From Chiloscyllium plagiosum (lineage: Eukaryota), in assembly GCF_004010195.1 (NCBI RefSeq), contig NC_057711.1, positions 83,396,010-83,460,009 of the forward strand: 64,000 nucleotides of DNA, given 5' to 3'. Both the position numbers and the translations under genes were made by a program. The notes under the pieces were generated by a model that was not told where the DNA came from, ran no database searches, and saw nothing but the letters and a program-made list of their open reading frames with translations. How positions within the stretch are numbered: the first letter of the stretch is position 1; every line of letters begins with the position of its first letter. This document shows, one piece after another, positions 53,590-64,000 of this stretch.

Positions 53590-56500
53590 GGAGTATGATG
53601 TTACTGCTATTACAGAGGCTTTGTTGAGGCAACAAAATATCCCAGGGTATCAATTCTTCAGGTGGGATAGAGAGGCTGGAAAAAGGGGTGGAGGACTTTC
53701 ATTACTGGTCAGAAAGGATATCGCAGCTATGTTGAAGGAGGGCACTTTGGAGGACTTGAGCAGTGAGGCAATACAGGCAGAGCTCAGAAATAGGAAGGGT
53801 GCGGTATCAATGTTGGGCTGTACTACAGGCATCCCAATAGCGAGCGCAAGATAGAGGTACAAATATGTAGACAAATTATGGAAAGCTGTAGGAGCAACAG
53901 GGTGGTAGTGATAGGAGATTTTAATTTTCCCAACATTGACTGGGATTCACTGAGTGTTAAGAGGTCTAGATGGAGCAGAATTTGTAAGGAGCATCCAGGA
54001 AGGTTTTCTAGAGCAGTATGTAAGAAGTCCAACTCAGGAAGGGGCCACACTGGACCTGGTGTTGGGGAATGAGCCCGGCTAGATGGTTGAAGTTTCAGTC
54101 TGGGATTACTTTGAGAATAGTGATCACAATTCCTTAAGTTTTAGAATAATCATGGACAAAGATGAGAGTGGTCCTAAAGGAAGAGTGCTAAACTGGGAGA
54201 AGGTCAACTATACTAAAATTCAGTAGGAGCTGGGGAATGTGAATTGGCGGCAGCTGTTAAGGTTAAATGCATATTTGATATGTGGGTGGCTTTTAAAGAT
54301 AGGTTGATTAGATTTCAGGAGAGACATGTTCCTGTGAAAATGAGGGATAGAAAGGGCGAGATTATGTACCATAGATGACAGGTGAAATTGTGATACTAGC
54401 AAAGAGGAAAAAGGAAGATACAAAAGGTCTAGTAGACTGAAGACAGACGAAGCTTTGGAAGAATATTGGGAATGTAGGACCAATCTGAAACAAGGAATTA
54501 AGAGGGCTAAAAGGAGTCATGAAATATCTTTAGCAAACAGAGTTAAGGAAAATCCCAAAGCCTTTTATTCTAAAAAAGGAGCAAGAGGGTAAGTGGAGTC
54601 AGAGAAAATGGATGAGATTCTTAACAAGTACTTTGCAGTAGTATTCACCAAGGAGGGAGATATGACGAATGTTGAGGTTAGGGATAGATGTTTGATTACT
54701 CTAGGTCAAGTTGGAATAAGGAGGGAGGAAATGTTGGGTATTCTAAAAGGCATTAAGGTGGACAAGTCCCCAGGTCTTGATGGGATCTATCCCAGGTTAC
54801 TGAGGGAAGCAAGTGAGGAAATAGCTGGGGCCTTAATAGAAATCTTTGCAGCATCCTTGAACACAGGTGAGGTCCCAGAGGACTGCTAATGTTATCCCCT
54901 TCTATAAGAAGTATAGCAGTGATAATTCAGGTAATTATAGATCGGTGAGCCTGATATCAGTGGTAAGGAAGCTGCTAGAGAAGATAGTGAGGGATAGGAT
55001 TTATTCCCATTGTTACAACATGGGGTAAACCCCTCTGCTAATTTAAACCAGCAACACAGAAAAGATTCACCCAGTCCAACAGAGAATATTAAAACCAACA
55101 ACTATTTATAACCACTTTCTCTTAAGTCTGTCTTTTACCTCTCACTCTACACTATTAGTCTGATAAAAAAATCCCAGTTAAGATTTACGAAAAAAAATCA
55201 TGTTGCAAAACCAGTCAGCTTTGTCAACTCTCTTTTGTAGATTTTCCTCTGTCATCTTTTCGATGTTCTGCTACGCAAACTTCTTATGGGCAGGTTCCTT
55301 TCAGAGAGCTGGCAGTCTGCACTTGTTGGTGGCTTGGCAGTTCTCCCCCTAGTTGTTCAAAATGTACAGTTCTGTACCCTAAAACATCAGATTGTTTCAT
55401 TGGTTTTAATATTATCAAAATACTAAATTCAAATTTGATTGGATTCTAGTAGCTTTGGGCATAATTTAAATGGATTGGCTGAATTTGATTTTTTTTTGTT
55501 TCATGGCAACCCAGATGCTGCCAGCTGTTTCAACCAAATGTCACATTGTTAACTTGTTACGGACTTTCCATGCTTTGTCCTTGAAAGCTTTTCAACTCTC
55601 TTAAAGGTGCAGAACCTCTTCACCTTCATAATACCATGTGGAAGAAAGTGGGCTTATCAGTAATAGGCAACATGGTCTTGTGCAGGGAAGGCCATGTCTT
55701 ACCAATTTAACAGATTTCTTTGAGGAAGTGAAAGTTGATTGATGAGGGAAGGGCTGTAATGTCATATACATGGACTTCACTTCGGCATTTGATAAGGTTC
55801 GCCATGGTAGGCTGATGGAGAAAGTGAAATTGTATGGGATCCAGGGTGTACTAGCTAGATGGATAAAGAACTGGCTGGGTAACAGGAGACAGAGAGTAGG
55901 AGTGGAGAGGAGCTTCTTAAAATGGAGAACTATGACCAGTGGTGTTTCACATGGATCCATGCTGGGACCACTGTTGTTTGTGATAGACATAAACAATCTG
56001 GAGGAAAGTATAGGTGATCTGATTAGTAAGTTTGCAGATGACACTAAGATTGGTGGAGTAGCAGATGGTGAAGGGGACTGTCAGAGAATACAGCAGAATA
56101 CAAATAGATTGGAGAGTTGGGCGGAGAAATGGCAGATGGAGTTCAATCCGGGCAAATGTGACGTGATGCATTTTGGGAAGATCAAATTCAAGAGCAAACT
56201 CTGCAGTATGTGGAAAAGTCCTGGAGAATATTGATGTACAGAGAGGTCTGGGTATTCAGGTCCATTGTACCCTGAAGGTGGCAATGCAGATCAATAGAGT
56301 TGTCAAGAAGGCATACAGCATGCTTTCTTTCATTGGACAGGGTATTGAGTACAAGAGTTCACAGGTCATGTTAAAGTTTTATGAGACTTTGGTTCAGCCA
56401 CATTTGGAAAACTGCGTACAGTTCTGGTCGCCACATTACCAAAAGGATGTGGATGCTTTGGAGAGGGTACACAGAAGGTTCCCCAGGATGTTGCCTGGTA

Positions 56501-56950
56501 TGGAGGGCACTAGCTATGAAGAGAGGTTGAGTAGATTAGGGTTATTTTCATTAGAAAGATGGCGGTTGAGGGGGGACCTGATTGAGGTCTACAAAATCAT
56601 GAGAGGTATAGACAGGGTGGATAGCAAGAAGATTTTTCACATTGTGGGGGATTTAATTACCAGGGGACATGATTTCAAAGTGAGAGGGGAAACGTTTAAG
56701 TGAGATATGTGTGGAAAGTTCTTTACGCAGAGGTTGGTGGGTGCATGGAATGCGTTGCCTGCGGAGGTGGTAGAGGTGGGCACGATAAAGCTATTTAAGA
56801 TGTATCTGGTCAGATACATGAATGGGCATGGAGCAGAGGGATGCAAATCCTTAGAAAATAGGCCACAGGTTTCAATAGAGGCTCTGGATTGGTGCATGCT
56901 TAGAGGCCGAAGGGCCTGTTTCTGTGCTGTAATTTTCTTTGTTCTTCCTA
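53590..56950 (+). mobile_element. CR1 LINE ORF2 (EN + RT), degenerate, interrupted by a solo LTR
   Basis: VVIGDFNFPNIDW; KSPGLDGIYPRLLRE; MDFTSAFDKVRHGRL...SMLGPLLFVIDINNL...KFADDTKIG; CVQFWSPHYQKD. Confidence 0.92.
55011..55633 (-). mobile_element. Solo LTR related to 16492-17140
   Basis: TGTTA...TAATA termini, 4 bp TSD CCAT (55007-55010, 55634-55637); the CR1 frame rejoins as IYSH|VEESGLIS. Confidence 0.8.
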
Positions 56951-58599
56951 TGATCCAGGACCAAAGCATTCATTTAAAGTGAAACAGCAATTTACTTTTA
57001 ATTCACTCACAGGTTGTAGGCATTGCTGGTTGGGCCAACATTTGTTGTACACCCCTCGTTTTACTGAGAAGTTGGTGGTGAGCTGTCTTCTTCAACCACT
57101 ATTATTAGTCCAGTACAGTTTGTAGCTAATGGTAATCCCTAGGCTGTTGTTGGAGGGGGATTCAGTGATGGTGATACTATTCAATTTCAATGGACAATGG
57201 TATATTCTCCTTTCTTGGACACAGTTAATGCCTGGCATTTGTGTGGCGCAAATGTTACTTGCCATTTGTCAGCTCAAGTCTGAATATTGTCCAGGTCTTG
57301 TTGTATTTGGGCATGGACTGCTTCAGCATCTGAGGAGTCATGAATGACGCTGAGCATTGTGCAATTGCTGGCAAACATCTCCACTTCTGACCTTATGATG
57401 GAGTAAGGTCATTGATGACCTGGAGAGGATACTAATGTGAGAAAACCTTGCAGAATTGGCATTGGGCTAAGATGACTGACCTCCAACTACACAACCATTT
57501 TCCTCTGAATTCATTATGGCTCCAACAGTGGAGAGATTTGCCCTTGACTCTCATTGACTTCAGTTTTGCTGGAGTTCATTGTTGTCACATTTGGTCAATA
57601 ACAGCCTGGATGTAAAGTGTAGTCACTCTCACGTCACTGCAGAAATTCCATGCTATTACCCATCAAGGCTGAAAGGACTTCTGGAGCTGAGTGTATGCTG
57701 TTTGGCATGCAAGTAATCCTACTTAGTAGCTTCACCAGGTTGACACTGCATGGTTAGGTATATCTGGTGCTGCTTCTGGCATGTCCTCTTGCACACTTAA
57801 TTGAACCAGAGTTGATCCCTGAGCTTGATGGTCATGGTTGAGTGGGCGATGTGCCAGGCCACGTGTTTGCACATTGTACTGGAGTACAATTCTGCTGCTG
57901 TTGATGGCTACAGCACCTTATGGATGCCCAGTCTTGAATTGCTGGACCTGTTAAGTCTGTCTCATTTAGCACAGGGATTCAGCCACACAGCACTATGGAG
58001 GGTGTTATCAATGTGAAGAAAGGACTTTGTCTCCACAAAAACTGTGCGGTTGTCACTTTTACTGATACTGTCATGGACAGCTACATCTGTGGCAAGCAGA
58101 TTGATAAGAGTGACGTCAGTTCTGATTTGTTGTCGGTTACCTCACTACCTGCCACAGACCCAGTTTAGCAGCTATGTCCCTTATGACTCGTCCAGCTCAG
58201 GTGGTGGTGGTGCTGCTGAGCCACTCTTGAAGGTGGACATTGAACTCCTCCACCAGAATACATTTTGCACTCTTGCCACCCTCGATCCTTCCTCCAAGTG
58301 CTGTCCAATATGGGAAAGCACTAATTCATCAGTTGTGGGAGTGCAGTATGTGATAATCAGCAGAACGTTTCCTTACCCCTGTTTGGCCTGAATTCATGAG
58401 ACTTCTTGAAGGCCACAGTCAGTACTGAGAGTAGCTCCCTCCTGACCGTATATCACTGTCAGGGTTAGAGTGCCAGTGGTACAGGACATACCCAGAGATC
58501 ATGATGGCATTGTAATTTGCAATTTTTCATTTAAGTTATTGTTCTTGCTACTCATTTAAATGATCTCCTTTACACTGAGAGGACCTAACTTAGCCTGTA

Positions 58600-59180
58600 G
58601 AACAGTTCTATTCAGTCTGCAAGTCGGATTCCAAAATTCTGATCTCCTGTCATTTCAATTTTCCATCCAACTCCTACTCTGATCTTACTGCTCTTGTACC
58701 CTATCCGGATCTAATAAATTTAAACATAAGCTCAAAGAACAGCATCTTTTCAATTCAATACCTTACAGTCTTCAGGCTTGATATTGAGTGGAATAATTTC
58801 AGATCATAATCTCTGCTCACATTTTTCTCTTGGCTGTTGTTGGTAATGATTCTGCTACGGCCATTTACATTTCATCTTTTGCTGCTTTGTATGTCCTATT
58901 ACTATAGCCTTTACCTTGAACAATTCTCCTACCACCAATTAATCTCTCCTACCTTCCACCCAGCACAGACCTTTCCTTTCATCCCTTCCTCACCTCTTTT
59001 CTTTCCTTCATTTTTAATTCTTTAAAAGTTGTTAAAACTCAAAACATTTTCAATTTTGACAAAAATGGTCACTGACCCCAAGTATTAGCTTGCTTCTCTT
59101 TCTGTAGAACTGTCATTTCAGCTGAACATTACATAAATTTACATTTTTATTTCAGATTTCCTGCATTTGCAGTAATTTTA
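58600..59180 (+). mobile_element. Ancient PLE 3' remnant
   Basis: Degenerate GIY-YIG C-terminal coding (aaagaacagcatcttt...ttacagtcttcaggcttgatattgag...aatttcaga) and a family C-like pLTR. Confidence 0.45.
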
Positions 59181-59704
59181 TCCTTGTACACTAGTCTGCA
59201 TTAAAAAAATGTTTACCTTTCTCCAAGTTGAGGTGTGGATAGCATGGAGGGAGTTTAAAAGGGAGTGAAAAATTTGTATGTGGGATGGAGGCAGATTTGG
59301 AAATGGGATTATGGGATGGAGTATAATGTGGGTTAGAGCCTGGTCTCTTGTATTTAGTGTTTCTAATATCTGTTCTGAGCCATGTGGGGGCTGGCAGTGA
59401 TGTGGAGGGGAAAAAGGTTCTTCTATCTCCCTGTTATTTTGAAAATCTATCTGCACTCTATGATGATTCAAGTTTTACATTCTTTCTGAATTTATTTAAG
59501 TTTTCCCTATCTGGGATTATACTATTAATTCTCCAGGCTTCTCAATAAAAACTGCACAATATTCTTGGTTGAAACTCTGAGCACTACAAATTGATTGTTT
59601 AGGTGATGATCCATTTGTTGGCAGGGGAGTGGTTAGTCTCCATACCCTGATGGCAAGGGAAACTACTGGACCCGAAATATTAATTCTGGTTCCTTTCCAC
59701 AGAA

Positions 59705-60020
59705 GGGCAGCATGGCGGCTCAGTGGTTAGCACTGCTGCCTCACAGTACCAGGATCCCAGGTTCGATTCCAACCTGAGGCGACCATCTGTGTGGAGTTTG
59801 CACATTCTCCCTGTGTCTGCGTGGGTTTCCTCCGGGTGCTCCGGTTTCCTCCCAGGGTCCAAAGCTGTGCAGGTCAGGTGAATTGGCCAATGCTAAATGA
59901 CCCATGGTGTTAGGTGCATTAGTCAGAGGGAAATGGGTCTGGGTGGGTTACTCTTCAGAGGGTCGGTGTAGACTGGTTGGGCTGAAGGGCCTGTTTCCAC
60001 ACTGTAAGTAATCTAATCTT
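59705..60020 (+). mobile_element. HE1-type SINE inserted into a family C pLTR
   Basis: Full head, core and tail; the flanks rejoin as a pLTR. Confidence 0.88.
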
Positions 60021-61179
60021 AAAAGAAAAGAAGTTGCCAGACCTGCTGAGATTTTCCAGCAATTTTTGTTTTCATTTCTGATTACCAGCATCTGCAGTTC
60101 TTTCGGTTTTTTATTCACTATTTAAACATTCCTAATGCACAGTCTAGGTTCAAGGATGTTGGGTGAGGATAAGACATGAGTATTGACTTACTTTGACAAA
60201 TTCCTGTACTATGGCCATTTTTAAAGCAAAATACTGCAAATGCTGGAATTCTGAAATGAAAAACAAACAATTCTGGAAAAGCTCCGCAGGGCTGACAGCA
60301 TCTGTGGGTCATCTGATGAAAGATTACCAAGCTCGAACATGAGGCCAGGTATTCTGATAGCCAGATACTGTGTTTTACACTGGGACCATCAAAAATCTTT
60401 GACATAGCTGACACCATTGGAATTGCCAGGAAAACTGAATTTTCCAATGTTCAATTCTCCTACGCTAAGGACACTGTGAAAAAACTCCATTGAAGTTGGA
60501 GAATTTAAGAATTCTGTCTCACTTCTGCTCAAAGATTATCCAGAAAACTACACCCAGCTGACCTGACATCACCCTGATCACCCCTCCCATTACCCAACCC
60601 TCCAATAGGACAGACCCAGCAGAGGTGGTGGCACAATGGTATATAGTCAAGAGGTAGTTGTCCTTTGAATCCTCAACATTGACTCCAGACTCGATGAAGT
60701 TTTATCGCTTCAGGTCGAACATGGGAAAGGAAATCTCTTTCTGATTATCACGTAGTGTCCTCCCTTGGCTAATGAATCAGTACTGTGCCATGTTGAACAA
60801 CGATGTGATAATGAGCAGTTATCTATTGTAGTGATATTGATTAATCGAAATATCAGCTATAACACAAGAGGTTAACAACTCCCCTGCTATTCCTCACAGC
60901 TGGCACTATCTATTACAACAAGCTAATGAAAACCCAATCACTGCAAATGCTGAAGAACTGAAATAAAAACACAAGGTGCTGGAGAAATGCAGCAGGTCTG
61001 GCAACATCTGTTGAGAGAAGAACAGAATTAACATTTTGAGTCCAGTATGACTCTTCTTCAGAACTGAAAAGAAGTGGAAAGATGCAGAGACGCAAATGGA
61101 ACAGCAGGGCATGTCAAAGAAAGGTTAGCGGGTAATGGAAACAAGACATTAAAGGTGTCACAGAGGACTGTATGTAGAA

Positions 61180-61950
61180 CCGTACGGAGATGTACATTTT
61201 TGGTCCCGGCATTTAAGAAAGAATATCTTGGTACTGGACGCAGTTCAAAAGAGATTCACTACGCTGATTCCGGGGATGAATGGATTGACCTATCAAAAAT
61301 GACTAAACAGTTTCAGCCTTTATTCATTAGAGTTTAGAAGAATAAGGGTTGGGTTGAAACATCCAAGCTTTTGAAGGCTTTTGACAGGGTAGACATGTTA
61401 AGAAGATGTTTCCACTAGTGGAGGAATTTTGAACTAGGGGACATAGTTACAGAGTAAGGGGACATTCATTTGAAGCTGAAATGTACAGGAATTACATTTC
61501 AGAGAGCAGTGTATGTCTTGAATTCTCTACCTGAAAATGTGTTGCTGGAAAAGCGCTGCAGGTCAGGCAGCATCCAAGGAGCATGAAAATTGACGTTTCG
61601 GGCATGAGCCCTTCATTCCTGAAGAAGGGCTCATGCCTGAAACCTTTATTCTCCTGTTCCTTGGATGCTGCCTGACCTGCTGCGCTTTTCCAGCAACACA
61701 TTTTCAACTCTGATCTCCAGCATCTGTAGTCCTCACTTTCTCCTTGAATTCTCTACCCCAGAGACTTATGGAAGCCAACTCACTGAAAGCCTTTAAAGAC
61801 AAGGCAGATTGACCTTTGAAATATTGCGGAGTTGAGGGCTATGAGGAGCTGGCACAAAAGAGGAGCTGAGACCTTGGGGCAGATCAGCCAAAAGCTTATT
61901 GAATGGTAGAGCAGGTTTGAGGGCCTACTCTTACTCCTATTCATCGTGTT
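61180..61950 (+). mobile_element. Old CR1 3' fragment
   Basis: gaactaggggacatagtt...gaatggtagagcaggtttgagggcctactc. Confidence 0.7.
61532..61744 (+). mobile_element. Palindromic family A pLTR insertion inside CR1
   Basis: Inverted arms joined at the hammerhead (gcccttc|attcctgaaga); 15 bp TSD cttgaattctctacc (61517-61531, 61743-61757). Confidence 0.85.
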
Positions 61951-62099
61951 TAAAGCCATCAGACAACTGCTGTAAAACAATGAAAGAGCACTGCTCCAGA
62001 ATAGGTATTAATACCAGAGTAAGGAACAGTTTGGACAAAAGCAAAAGGTGGAAACAAGGTAGACTGACTTGGGAATAAAATTTAAAATGGAGTGTGGAG

Positions 62100-63220
62100 T
62101 TCTTAGTCTGAATTTGCAGAGCTCAGTGCTGAGTCCAGACGGCTGTAAAGTTCCTTCTCAGAAAATGAGGTTTCTCCAGTTTGAGTTGAGCTTCACTGGA
62201 ACACTACTATAGGCCAAGGACAGAAGTGTGAGCATGAGAGCAAGGTGGTGAATTGTAACGACACAAAGACAGAAGGTCATGGTCAGATTTATGGACTGAG
62301 TGGAAGTGTTCCACAAAGCAATCACTCAATCTGTATTTGGTCTCCCCAGATAAGGGGACTGCTTTGTAAACGCTGAGTAAAGTAAGATAAATTGAAAGAA
62401 GTACAGGAGACTACCGCTTCAACTGAAAGGAATGTTTGGGGCCTTGAGCAGTGAGAAGATAAAATGCCAGCTAGGGTGACACAGTTGCTCAGTGGTGAGC
62501 ACTGGTTGTCTCATAGCACCAGGGACACGGGTTTGATTCCAGCCTCGGGCGATTGTCTGTGTGGAGTTTGCACATTCTTCCCGTGTTTGCGCGGGTTTCC
62601 TCCTGGTACTCGGTTTCCTCCCACAATCCAAAGATGTGCTGGTTAGGTGAATTGGCCATGCTACGCTACCCATAATGTTCAGGGATGTGCATTAGTTACA
62701 GGTAAATGTAGAGTAGTAGAGGAATGGGTCTGGTTGGGTTATTCTTCATAAGGTCAGTGTGGACTTGTAGGGCTGAATGGCCTGTTTCCACACTGTAGGG
62801 ATTCTATGATTCACCTGCAACTGCATGAGAAAATGCCCTGGGATAAGGATGAGCTGCTAGTGGTGACAGAAGAGTAGACCAGGGTACCACAAAGGGAATG
62901 ATTCATATGGAATGATGACAGGAGAGGGAAAGATGTGTTTAGTGCTGGATAAATGCCAAAAGTGGCAGAGTTTGATCCTTTAAATAGGGATGTTGGTGCA
63001 GTCCAAATTAAGGACAAAATGAATCCTATTGTGCTTTTGGAACAGAGGGGCTGAGGTGAGGGTCAAAATGTAGAGATTTGAAAGACACAGTTGAAGACCC
63101 GTCATCCCGAGTTAAGGGGATCCTACATTGATGAAAGAAGAAAACATGCTAGATTTGCCATTGTGGGGGGCTGCATCATTGGTACATGTATGACAGAGAA
63201 GGAGAGACTGGGAGAATGGA
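62100..63220 (-). mobile_element. Ancient PLE remnant split by a SINE (similar remnant at ~50180-50680)
   Basis: Antisense YLGET-like coding (gtctccccagata) and degenerate GIY-YIG C-terminal coding. Confidence 0.45.
62474..62810 (+). mobile_element. HE1-type SINE
   Basis: Head, core and tail match the other copies. Confidence 0.85.
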
Positions 63221-63778
63221 ATGGGGATTATGGGAATAGGGTGGGGCAGTCTACGTCTGGGTGGGATGCTCTTTGGAGGGTAAGTGCAGGACTCAGTGGG
63301 CCGAATGGCCTCTTTCTGCACTGTAGGAATTCTACAACTCTACCAAACCTAAATGCTTGGAAACCTCTTTTAACAGCACCTCTGCCTCTTCCTCCACTTC
63401 TACTTCTGTCTTCTCTCTCTCTCTCTCTCTGTGTGATGGTTGTAAAACAGCAATTAACTCTCCAGTTGGCTTGCTGGCTATTTAGCTGAAATCACATGGC
63501 TTCTTATTAATGCTTTTTTGAAGTAAAAGTTCAAAATTACTTTCTGACCTTGACTGAACTAAAACAAATGAAAACTTATTTTCACTCACCTTTGAACTTA
63601 AATTTTTATATAATAGTATATTGAACACAAAAAAAGCAAATTCTATCAAAGCTTTTCATAGATTCTGTAAACTTCAGGACAGCTCACAACAATACAAAAA
63701 TAGAGAGAAAGCAACATACAATCAGTATTCAAAGGGAATACTTTTTGCTTGGAAAGTAGACTCTGATTAGTGGAAGTA

Positions 63779-63942
63779 CAGAGGAGCCTTGATTATCCAG
63801 CATTCAGTTTCGGATGATCCAATCATGATCGCAGGGTCCCAATGCTTTGCTAATTATGTTATCCGGCAGCGATTATCCGGCATTTAATTAACCGAACAAA
63901 ATATTCCCCACCCATGTCCTTCGGATAATCAAGGTTCCTTTG
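63779..63942. mobile_element. Tc1/mariner-pogo type MITE
   Basis: TIRs cagaggagccttgattatcc / ggataatcaaggttcctttg flanked by TA on both sides. Confidence 0.75.
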
Positions 63943-64000
63943 TATTGCAATGGAGAATGCACCAGTTGGGTGTTGACTGACATTTAACTGCCAAGTTTTG

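Overview
Eukaryotic genomic DNA, almost certainly from a cartilaginous fish (shark), judged from the HE1-type tRNA-derived SINEs, CR1/HER1 LINEs and Penelope-like elements. The only host coding sequence I can support is the last two coding exons of the neurotrophin receptor kinase TrkB (NTRK2) on the + strand (15691-15849 and 17434-17619). They are followed by a probable ~3.9 kb 3'UTR; the first 15.7 kb is inferred intron and the rest is repeat-dense downstream DNA with two N gaps. The most interesting signal is a set of short Penelope-derived insertions, many palindromic and several with 12-15 bp target-site duplications. They carry minimal hammerhead-ribozyme cores (CUGANGA-stem II-GAAA-NN-UH) in at least three unrelated sequence families, and the inversion junction usually falls at the ribozyme. 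Other points: a 37-bp locally templated capture at a SINE 5' junction, direct LTR repeats bracketing an in-frame kinase exon, and a Penelope ORF fragment spliced into a terminal repeat. Repeat boundaries without TSDs are approximate, and family names come from recognition, not database searches.
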